Assembly: GCA_965204725.1 (NCBI GenBank)
Contig: OZ242005.1
Span: 768,001 to 832,000 of the forward strand
Source of the DNA: Candidatus Latescibacterota bacterium
Lineage (GTDB): Bacteria > Latescibacterota > UBA2968 > UBA8231
DNA: 64,000 nucleotides
Direction of reading: 5' to 3'
In this document: positions 56,327-64,000 of the stretch, piece after piece
Position numbering within the stretch: position 1 is the stretch's first letter
How the letters are laid out: each line of letters opens with the position of its first letter
The notes under the pieces: model-generated
Database searches by the model: none
Seen by the model: only the letters and a program-made list of their open reading frames with translations
Told to the model about the DNA's origin: nothing
Made by a program: the position numbers and the translations under genes

Positions 56327-58146
56327 AGCGCGGCTCCAGCTCGGTTGAACAAGCTCCCGTACAGACGCTGCAACCGCGCCCGGGCGGAGGGCACGTTATC
56401 GACCGCTCGTTGGAGGACGTGCGCCGCCCGTACCCGATCGCCCAACTGCCCGTAAAGGCGGATCATCTCCACATAGGCCGGTAGCAGCTTGGGATTGGCC
56501 GCGAGCGCGGCCTCGTAGCAGCGAAAGGCCCCGGCGAGGTCGCGCTGCACGATCCGCACGTGGGCTAGGTTGAGCCACGGCTCGGCCTGCTTGGGAACCT
56601 CGCGGGTCAGCCGGGCGAAAATTTCCTCCGCGCCCGGCAAATCCCCCAACGCCCCCTTGACCCCCCCCAGATTTAACCACGCCTGCCAGTATTGGGGATC
56701 CTTAGCTACAGAGCGCTCAAACGCGGCCAGTGCCCGCTGGTTGTCGCCAGCGGCGGCATGCGCGTTGCCTAGATTGTAGTGGATCGCCGCATCCCCCTCC
56801 ATGTCCATGGGAGTTAGGTGGCTGTTGGCCGCCAACCCAAAAGCCGAACAGACCACCAAGCCCAGCCCCAAGCTGCGCCAACAACCCGCCCGCCCCCACG
56901 CCCAAAGCGTCCACAGGCCGTACGCGGCAAAGACCATGAGCACCGGCAGCACGGGCACCCGGTAGCGCGCCGCGACAAAAAACGCGATCACCCCCAGACC
57001 ATAGCTCAGCACGTAGAGCAGCGGCCACGTCGGCCCTACCCGCCGCACACTCAGCAGCATCCCCCACAGCGCGAGCGGGGCCACCACGCCAAAGGGGAAG
57101 GCAAGGCCCGCTTTCCACAACGTCGCCGACAGCACCTTTGAGTAGGTGCGCCAGAAGTAAATCGGCTGGTTGCGCCCCCGCTCGTCGCCGTGCCAAAACG
57201 CCCCTAACTTGTACCCCATCAACCCCAACCACGCCGTTGGATCCCCGCGGATGTAGGACCAAGCCCGCTCGGCAAAATAAGCCGACTTCGCCGAGGGCCG
57301 CTCAATCCCCGCCCGCGCCGGTTGAGTAACCAAATCGTCCCACTCCCATCCCGGGCGAATGGCCACGGTGGCGGCATAGTCGGGATTGTTGCCGATGTAC
57401 AGGTTGATTCCCGCGTTGTAGGAAATCCCCACCCCGTCGCCGCCGATGGCCCAGTTGCGCCAAGCCACCGGTGCGATAGCCAAGACCGCCCCCAGCACAA
57501 ACGCGCCAGCCCAGCCCCAGCCCTTTCGACCGGGCGCGACCCACAGCAGGACGACGGGCACGGCGACCGCAAAGGCCAGCACCGTCGGCACGGCCAGCGC
57601 CCCGACGCCAAAGGCCGCCCCGGCCGCCAAAAAGCCCCAACGGCTCGGGCGACGCCAGACGCGCAAAAGCACCACTAAGGCCAGCAGATTGACGAAGGTC
57701 GCCAAACCGGCCGGCAACAACTCGCCGTCAAAAAAGATCAGCGGCCCGCACAACGCCGCACCAATCCCAGCCAGCAATCCCACGGCCGGATTGAACAAGG
57801 CGCGCCCGATCCACCAACTCATCGCGCAGACCAGCGCCCCGAGCAGGGCCTGCCCAAAGCGCACGGCATAAAAAAAGGACTCGGCAAAGAGGACCTGCAC
57901 CGCCCCGAGGAAGTACGGGTAGAGCGGCGGCTGCCAAAACGGCCCCTCGCCGACGCCCAACCAATTGCCCGCCGCCAAGCGCTGGGCGTGGTGGGTATAG
58001 GTCTTGGCATCCACCGCCGGATGGACAAAAAGCGGACTCGCCTCCAACTCGAAGATGTAGGCAACCCGCACGGCGAGGGCGAGGGCAAAGACGAGGCCCC
58101 CGAGGCATGGCGGGGGGAGGTTTGCTACTCTGCGTCCGTGCAGCAT
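56320..58146 (-). CDS. GT39/PMT-like membrane glycosyltransferase with C-terminal TPR
   Basis: VDAKTY, PFWQPPLYPYFLG, GINLYIGNNP, RYRVP; TPR motif HYNLGNAHAAAGD. Confidence 0.82.
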   Translation of the reverse strand: MLHGRRVANLPPPCLGGLVFALALAVRVAYIFELEASPLFVHPAVDAKTYTHHAQRLAAGNWLGVGEGPFWQPPLYPYFLGAVQVLFAESFFYAVRFGQALLGALVCAMSWWIGRALFNPAVGLLAGIGAALCGPLIFFDGELLPAGLATFVNLLALVVLLRVWRRPSRWGFLAAGAAFGVGALAVPTVLAFAVAVPVVLLWVAPGRKGWGWAGAFVLGAVLAIAPVAWRNWAIGGDGVGISYNAGINLYIGNNPDYAATVAIRPGWEWDDLVTQPARAGIERPSAKSAYFAERAWSYIRGDPTAWLGLMGYKLGAFWHGDERGRNQPIYFWRTYSKVLSATLWKAGLAFPFGVVAPLALWGMLLSVRRVGPTWPLLYVLSYGLGVIAFFVAARYRVPVLPVLMVFAAYGLWTLWAWGRAGCWRSLGLGLVVCSAFGLAANSHLTPMDMEGDAAIHYNLGNAHAAAGDNQRALAAFERSVAKDPQYWQAWLNLGGVKGALGDLPGAEEIFARLTREVPKQAEPWLNLAHVRIVQRDLAGAFRCYEAALAANPKLLPAYVEMIRLYGQLGDRVRAAHVLQRAVDNVPSARARLQRLYGSLFNRAGAALQ

Positions 58147-58212
58147 TGCCTGTACGCCCTTATTATAAAGAACCCAATTCACCCTCTCGCGCCCTCAATT
58201 CCCAATTCCACT

Positions 58213-60132
58213 ATGCCCCGTCCCCCGGCAACCTCTTTCCTCGGCACCTGCTTCTCCTTCGTCCTCGTCTTAGTCTTTACCGTCTGCATGACCTTTACTA
58301 GTGTGCGGACCTACATTCTCTACGGTAACTACACCGGGCTGACCGACCACTTCAACACCATCGGCGTCATCTTCCTGATCTTCTGGCTGGTGGTCGTCGC
58401 CCTCGCGCTGCGCCTGCTCCACCCGCTCTTGCGGCTCTCGCCTGCCAATTTCGCCTTGGTCTATGCCGCGCTCATGGTCGCCGTGGTCCTGCCCTCCATG
58501 GGCTTTGGTGGCTACTTCATCCCCTTAATCGCCGGCGTTTTTTACTACGCGACCCCAGAAAACAATTGGTCTGACCTGCTCTGGCCGCACATTCCCCACT
58601 GGGCTGTCCCGCGCGACCTCGAAGCGATCCGCCAGCTCTTTGAAGGCACGGATGCCACCGCCCCCGTGCCTTGGGCCTTGTGGGCCGGGCCGCTGTGGTG
58701 GTGGGGCCTGTTCATGCTGGCCTTCTTCTTGGTCAGCATCTCGCTGATCAGCCTCGTCCACCACCAGTGGTCGCGCCGCGAGCGCTTGGTGTATCCCCTC
58801 GCGGCCGTCCCCAACATGCTCCTCGAGAGCTTGGAAAACCCCGCCGCGTCCATTCTCAAGCGCAAGCTGTTGTGGCTGGGCTTTTTCATCGCTTGGGTGC
58901 TGCCAACCGTCAACATGCTCGACCAAGTATTAGACCTCGAGATCATTCACGGCTTTGGCATCCCTAGCGGTCGCATCGAGCTCCGGCAATTTGGGCTTAG
59001 TTACGGGCTCAACACCGACCTGCTCGTCGTGGGCTTGAGCTATTTGGTCGGCCTCAACGTGCTGTTCAGCGTCTGGTTTTTTCACCTGATCATCGCGGCC
59101 GAAGGCGCGTTGCTCAACTGGCTGGGCATTGCCCTCGCGCTGCCGGCCCAGCCCCACGCTCCCCCCAACGTGCTGCTGGCCCATCAGCAGATCGGCTCAC
59201 TGGCGTGCATCGTCGGGATTTCGCTGTGGATGTCGCGCCACTTTCTGCGGCGTCAGTGGCGGCTGATCATCGGCGGTGCCCCAGACCGCGACAGCCCGAT
59301 TGCGCCGCGCACGGCCGCTTTGCTCGGGCTGGCTGGGCTGACGTACATGAGCGGCTTCCTCTGGGCCAGCGGCCTGAGCTTGGCTTGGAGCTTGGCCTTC
59401 CTGCTGGTCGCTCTGGTGATTTTCTTTGGCATTGCCCGGCTGTTGGCCCAGACCGGGATTGGCCGCCTGCGCGCCCCGGTCTCGGTGCCGCCGATTTTGA
59501 CCAATGTTTTGGGGACCACCCCTTTTGGGGCCCAAGGGCTGAACGCGATGGGGTTGAGCATGGTCTGGACGGCCGATTTACAGCTCTTTTTGATGGGCAC
59601 CCTCGCCCACGCCTTCAAGGTCTGCGAGCCAGCCCGGCTCAACATCAGCGGCCGCAAGCTGGTGTTTTTCTTGTCCGCCGCTATGATCGTCGGCCTCATA
59701 ACCACCATGGTCTGCTATATATGGCTGGGCTATCGCCACGGGTTGATCCACGGCTATCGCTGGTACTTCGTCATGTCGCCGCAATACCATTGGTCTTGGG
59801 TCGCCAATTCGATCAACAACCCCAACCCCGCCGAGCCGCTAGTGGCCGTATTCATCGCCTTGGGCGCGGGCCTCGCCGGGCTGCTCTCGCTGGCCCAGTA
59901 CCGCTTTGCCGGCTGGCCCTTGCATCCGGTGGGGCTAGGCATCGCCCTGACCAACACGGTCTCTATCGACTGGTTCGGGATTTTCTTGGCTTGGCTGATC
60001 AAGTTCCTAGCATTGCGCTACGGCGGCATCCGGCTCTACCGCACCCTACTGCCCTTTTTTATCGGCCTGATCTTGGGCACCTGCGTCGGCATTGGCGGGG
60101 CCGCGCTGGTCTATGCGTTTTACTATTATTGA
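58213..60132 (+). CDS. DUF6785/DUF6784-like polytopic membrane protein
   Basis: YYATPENNW, QW...ERLVYPL, WPLHPVG, LRYGG..YR...PFFIGLILG. Confidence 0.75.
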   Translation: MPRPPATSFLGTCFSFVLVLVFTVCMTFTSVRTYILYGNYTGLTDHFNTIGVIFLIFWLVVVALALRLLHPLLRLSPANFALVYAALMVAVVLPSMGFGGYFIPLIAGVFYYATPENNWSDLLWPHIPHWAVPRDLEAIRQLFEGTDATAPVPWALWAGPLWWWGLFMLAFFLVSISLISLVHHQWSRRERLVYPLAAVPNMLLESLENPAASILKRKLLWLGFFIAWVLPTVNMLDQVLDLEIIHGFGIPSGRIELRQFGLSYGLNTDLLVVGLSYLVGLNVLFSVWFFHLIIAAEGALLNWLGIALALPAQPHAPPNVLLAHQQIGSLACIVGISLWMSRHFLRRQWRLIIGGAPDRDSPIAPRTAALLGLAGLTYMSGFLWASGLSLAWSLAFLLVALVIFFGIARLLAQTGIGRLRAPVSVPPILTNVLGTTPFGAQGLNAMGLSMVWTADLQLFLMGTLAHAFKVCEPARLNISGRKLVFFLSAAMIVGLITTMVCYIWLGYRHGLIHGYRWYFVMSPQYHWSWVANSINNPNPAEPLVAVFIALGAGLAGLLSLAQYRFAGWPLHPVGLGIALTNTVSIDWFGIFLAWLIKFLALRYGGIRLYRTLLPFFIGLILGTCVGIGGAALVYAFYYY

Positions 60133-60150
60133 AACACCACACTGCACACC

Positions 60151-60954
60151 CTAATCGGAATCGGAATCGGAATCGGCCCCCACTTGGTCGAGGCGCACCA
60201 TCTCCTCGTCCCCTAGCCGCCAGTCGAACAAATCGAGATTGTCGCGCAAGTGGGCCGTTGAGCTGGCTTTGGGGATGACGATCATCCCCTTTTGCAAAAG
60301 CCACTTCAAGGCCACTTGGGCCGCGCTCTTGCCGTGGCTGGCGGCCACCTGTTTTAGGGCCTCGTCCTGCGCCAACTCTCCCTGCGCCAGCGGGCGGTGC
60401 GCCGTCAGCACCACATTGTGGGCGTGGCAATAACGCCGCAGCTTCTCGCGGTTGTGGCGCAGGTGGTATTCGACCTGATTGGTGCATATCGGCAAGCCGA
60501 CCGCGGTCCGGGCCCGATCGGTCTGCTCAATGCTGAAATTGCTGATGCCAATGCTCTTGGCCTGACCGGCCTCGTGGATTTTTTCAAAAGCGGCTAAGGT
60601 GCGCTCCACCGGTACGCCCTGACCGGGATGGTGGATGAGCAGGAGATCGACGTATTCGGTCTGTAGGTCGTGCAGAATCTCCTCCATCTGCTCTAGGGCC
60701 TCCTCGTACTCCAAGTGCGAATGCCAGATCTTAGACGTGATGAAGAGGCGGTCGCGGTCGGCCCCGACTTCCTTGAGGGCTTGGCCAATGGCGTCCTGAT
60801 TCCGGTATATCCAAGCCGAGTCCAAGTGCGTATAGCCCAGTTCGAGGGCCTCTTTTATTACGGCTTGGCACTCTTGGCCGCGCAATGTCCAAGTGCCCAA
60901 GCCCAACTGCGGAATGGCGTGGCCCGAGGCCAAGATGAGGTCTGGTGTGCTCAT
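60151..60954 (-). CDS. aldo/keto reductase (DkgA/B-like)
   Basis: LGLGTW, D.A..Y.N, FITSKIW, SIGISNF, NQVEYH, IPKA. Confidence 0.92.
   Translation of the reverse strand: MSTPDLILASGHAIPQLGLGTWTLRGQECQAVIKEALELGYTHLDSAWIYRNQDAIGQALKEVGADRDRLFITSKIWHSHLEYEEALEQMEEILHDLQTEYVDLLLIHHPGQGVPVERTLAAFEKIHEAGQAKSIGISNFSIEQTDRARTAVGLPICTNQVEYHLRHNREKLRRYCHAHNVVLTAHRPLAQGELAQDEALKQVAASHGKSAAQVALKWLLQKGMIVIPKASSTAHLRDNLDLFDWRLGDEEMVRLDQVGADSDSDSD
60153..60176. repeat. hexanucleotide microsatellite (AATCGG)x4
   Basis: Encodes the DSDSDSD tail of the reductase. Confidence 0.9.
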
Positions 60955-61027
60955 GTCGCTTGCTCCTTGTAGAGGTAAAGGACGGTGCTCATTCTAACGG
61001 ACCGTGCGGAAACCAGCCCCGTTGCCA

Positions 61028-62059
61028 TCACGTCGGCGTCGGTGCCTCCGCGGCGATCAGCCCCTCCTGTTTGAGCTCAGCCCAGCAGTCGGCTGGGATT
61101 GCGTGTTCTAGGCAGGCTACATTGGCGGCCACTTCCGCGACGGACCGCGCCCCGGGAATGACGGTTGCCACCGCCGGATGCCCAAAGGGAAATTGCAGCG
61201 CGGCGGCCGGCAAGGGCACCTCGTGCCGAGCGCAAACCGCCTCCATGCGGCGCACCTTTGCCAACACCTCTTCCGGCGCGGGCGCGTAGTTGTAATACGC
61301 GCCTTCCACCGCTCCAGTCGCCAAAATCCCCGAGTTGTACGGCCCGCCAATGACGATTCGCACGCCCTTTTCCGCGCACAGCGGCAACAGCTCGCGCAGC
61401 GATTCCTGCTCCAGCAGCGTGTAGCGGCCGGCCAGCAAAAAGGCGTCGAAATCGCCGGCGCGGGCAAAGTCGGCCAGCATCTGCCATTGGTTCATGCCGA
61501 GGCCGATGGCCTTGACGACCTGCTGTTGGCGCAGCTCGTTGAGCGCGGGATAGGTCTCGGCCATGACTTGGTCGAAGTACCCCCGCTCGCCCGGCGTCCA
61601 ATCCGGCTCGATGCTTTTTGCTTGGTCCGGGTCGTGGATCAGCACCATGTCGAGGCGGTCCGTTTTGAGCCGCGCCAAACTCCCCTCAATCGAGCGCAGC
61701 ACCGCGTCGTGCGAAAAGTCGAAATAGCTGGTCATCGCCGGCGCATCTACGAAGAGATCGACATAGTCGTCGCCGGGCTTTCGCTCCCTTAGCACATAGC
61801 CCACTTTCGAGGACAGGACCACCTCGTCGCGGTCGTAGCGCGCCAGCCCCGGCCCCAAGCGCGTCTCGCTCAGCCCGTAGCCGTACAGCGGCGCGGTGTC
61901 AAAATAGCGCACCCCGGCCGCAAAGGCCGCGTCTAGCACCGCCAGCCCCTCCTGCTCGCTCAGTGCCGAGTACAGGTTGCCAAAGGCCGTCCCCCCCAGC
62001 CCCAAGCGCGTCACCGTTAGGCCGTGCGGCCCAATTTTTTCTCGGTCGCCTGCTCTCAT
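61028..62059 (-). CDS. aldo/keto reductase (sugar-dehydrogenase-like subfamily)
   Basis: FDTAPLYGYGLSE, IHDPD, AGRYTLLEQ, GGPYNSGILA. Confidence 0.9.
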   Translation of the reverse strand: MRAGDREKIGPHGLTVTRLGLGGTAFGNLYSALSEQEGLAVLDAAFAAGVRYFDTAPLYGYGLSETRLGPGLARYDRDEVVLSSKVGYVLRERKPGDDYVDLFVDAPAMTSYFDFSHDAVLRSIEGSLARLKTDRLDMVLIHDPDQAKSIEPDWTPGERGYFDQVMAETYPALNELRQQQVVKAIGLGMNQWQMLADFARAGDFDAFLLAGRYTLLEQESLRELLPLCAEKGVRIVIGGPYNSGILATGAVEGAYYNYAPAPEEVLAKVRRMEAVCARHEVPLPAAALQFPFGHPAVATVIPGARSVAEVAANVACLEHAIPADCWAELKQEGLIAAEAPTPT

Positions 62060-62070
62060 TGGTTTCTCCT

Positions 62071-64000
62071 TCAAAAAATCGGAATTCGATTGCCGGTCTC
62101 TCCGGTGACATAGTCGAAGAGCACCCAGAACCCCGAGACAAAAATGTGCCCCAAAATCAACCCTAAAAACAGAGGCCGCAACTGCCTATAAAGAGTCGCG
62201 CCGCCGTATTTGAGCACGAGGGCCTTGAGGACCCAGCCGATGAAAATGCTGAACCACGTCCATATAATCGTCAGGGTCGCGCCGATGGGAAAGCCGAGGT
62301 AATGCACCGGCCACCACAGGAAGTGGTGCCGGGCGTACATCAACAGCCCCATGATTCCCGCGCCGATTCCCGCAAACAGAAAGCGCGGCCCGATCTCGTC
62401 GAAGTCGCCCAAGGGATGCCTCGGGTTGGCGATCTTATAGGCCGAGTCGCCGTGGACTATTTCGCCGAAGCGGTTGTAGAACCACCAGTCCAAGTTGATG
62501 CCCCCGTACTGGTATCCCATCCACACCACCATCCATATTGACCCGGCCAAGCCGACCCCAATCGAGAGCATCAAGGCCCAAAACAGCGGCCGGCCCCGCA
62601 CTCGGCCCACATCGGCCAGCTTGAGACCATTGATCGCCGAGGCCATGACCATTGTCCGCAGATCGCCCGCCCAGCTAAAGGTCATTCCCAAGCTCACCAA
62701 CCCCGACGGACCAATCGCCTCAGTGCCCACCGCGTCGATCACAAACGGCTGTGCCGTCATCTGCGCCCGCGCAAAACCCAACCCGCCCTCGGCGACGATC
62801 CGCGTCAGCCCGTAGAAGATGCAAAAGGCCACGAAGAGAAAAAACAGCGCCACCCACCACGGCACGCCCGATAGGATCAGCCAGCCGGTGGCGTACGCGC
62901 TGGCCAAGACCAAGACGACGAGCGCCGCCCGATACGAGAGGATCTCCTGCGAATCGTCCAGCCCCCCCTCGTCGTACAGGGCCTTGCGCCAGACCTGCCG
63001 CAAATAGCTGCGGCTGTTCCACAGCCCGTAGAGCACCAGCACCAGCATGGCCCCCATCCCCTCGTAGGACACCGACATCGATCCTTCCATAAACAGGTCG
63101 CGGCGGCCGGGCAGGGAATAGCCGAGGACGTTCTCGGCCGTGATTTGCGCTTTGGTCAGCAAGTGGAAGAGCCAGATGCTCAACCCCACGTCCAAGCTCA
63201 AAAAGTACGCCAACCCCAGTGCCGCAAAGTTCACATTGGTCGTCAGCCCCAGCGCGTTGTTAAACAGCGAGATGCTGTGGCGCAACTGCACCGCCGGGAT
63301 AAAGGGGAAATAGTGGTTTAAGGCGTTGGTGCTGTGCAGCGCAAAGGGCAGCGCGAACCCGATCCACAAAAGCGGCCTTTTGAGCAGCGGACCGACGATG
63401 GAGCCGCGCTGGCCTTCCTCGGTTAGGTCAATGGGAAGCTGCAACAGCGGAAAGGTCAAGCGGTCGTAGTCAACCCACTGGCGGCGGACAATCGACGCGA
63501 TGGCGATCATCATCAAGTAGATCGCCAGAATGAACGAGACCCAAGCCGCAAGCGGCACCAGCCAAGGTTCCCAAGGGATGGGCTGCCCCTTGGGCAGGCC
63601 CTCAAAGAAGTACTTGATCGCGTCTGGATCCTGCGGCACCATCCACGTGCGGACATAAGGGTGCAGCAGCTCGGACCAGTTGTTTTCCGGAGTGGCGTAG
63701 TAGTAGATATTGGGCAACATGGCGATCAAATTGCCCGTAAAACCCCAAGTAGGGATGGCCGAGCCTATGATCATCATCGCGTAGATGATGATCAGCTCGG
63801 AGCGATTAAAGCCCCAAGAACGGCGAAGCAGTTTGAGTGCGGGATTGACAAAAGCCACGACCGCGAAAAACAGGAAAACCGCCCCGGCCGTGATGTAATC
63901 GGAGGACATGCCCGCGGTGGCCATCGCCAGCCGCGCATACGCGAAAAACACGTTGATCGCCAGCGACAGCAAGGCCCCAAAAGCGAGCGAGCGATAGGTG
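62071..64000 (-). CDS. DUF6785/DUF6784-like polytopic membrane protein (5' end probably outside the window)
   Basis: YYATPENNW, QW...DRLTFPL, WWPVHYLG, LKYGG..YR..RPLFLGLILG. Confidence 0.75.
   Translation of the reverse strand, partial: TYRSLAFGALLSLAINVFFAYARLAMATAGMSSDYITAGAVFLFFAVVAFVNPALKLLRRSWGFNRSELIIIYAMMIIGSAIPTWGFTGNLIAMLPNIYYYATPENNWSELLHPYVRTWMVPQDPDAIKYFFEGLPKGQPIPWEPWLVPLAAWVSFILAIYLMMIAIASIVRRQWVDYDRLTFPLLQLPIDLTEEGQRGSIVGPLLKRPLLWIGFALPFALHSTNALNHYFPFIPAVQLRHSISLFNNALGLTTNVNFAALGLAYFLSLDVGLSIWLFHLLTKAQITAENVLGYSLPGRRDLFMEGSMSVSYEGMGAMLVLVLYGLWNSRSYLRQVWRKALYDEGGLDDSQEILSYRAALVVLVLASAYATGWLILSGVPWWVALFFLFVAFCIFYGLTRIVAEGGLGFARAQMTAQPFVIDAVGTEAIGPSGLVSLGMTFSWAGDLRTMVMASAINGLKLADVGRVRGRPLFWALMLSIGVGLAGSIWMVVWMGYQYGGINLDWWFYNRFGEIVHGDSAYKIANPRHPLGDFDEIGPRFLFAGIGAGIMGLLMYARHHFLWWPVHYLGFPIGATLTIIWTWFSIFIGWVLKALVLKYGGATLYRQLRPLFLGLILGHIFVSGFWVLFDYVTGETGNRIPIF

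Overview
GC-rich bacterial chromosomal window. It carries FlgD/T9SS-like C-terminal domains, PhyH dioxygenases, an ASPIC/UnbV protein, two DUF6785-like membrane proteins and an ankyrin protein, which suggests (inference) a Latescibacterota/Gemmatimonadota-like organism, possibly host-associated. The housekeeping backbone is rsmB-PASTA-rpe, ffh-rpsP-rimM-trmD-rplS, a ybbAP-like ABC pair with tesA, hom-apgM-asd, and several oxidoreductases. Scattered through it are small defence or toxin-antitoxin (TA) modules and scars: an AAA ATPase + DUF4276 pair whose DUF4276 gene is split by a 2.3-kb insert (leishmanolysin-like lipoprotein + ankyrin protein), an AbiEii-like pair, HTH-ImmA/IrrE + PIN, a relE/higA relic, a 1724-aa exonuclease-RecQ-UvrD fusion, an inverted-repeat-bounded ~450-bp element, an ApaLI-like type II R-M system and a hicA-hicB deletion fusion. 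The best candidate for an undescribed system is the minus-strand operon at 42.7-52.2 kb. It encodes a secreted protein with a type-B T9SS-like C-terminal domain, two paralogous ~930-aa proteins with acidic Ca-binding-like motifs and beta-strand-rich ends, and a double-PpiC lipoprotein chaperone, with a three-unit palindromic repeat array upstream. No rRNA, tRNA, cas or integrase genes were recognised. All family calls come from motif recognition by eye, not database searches.
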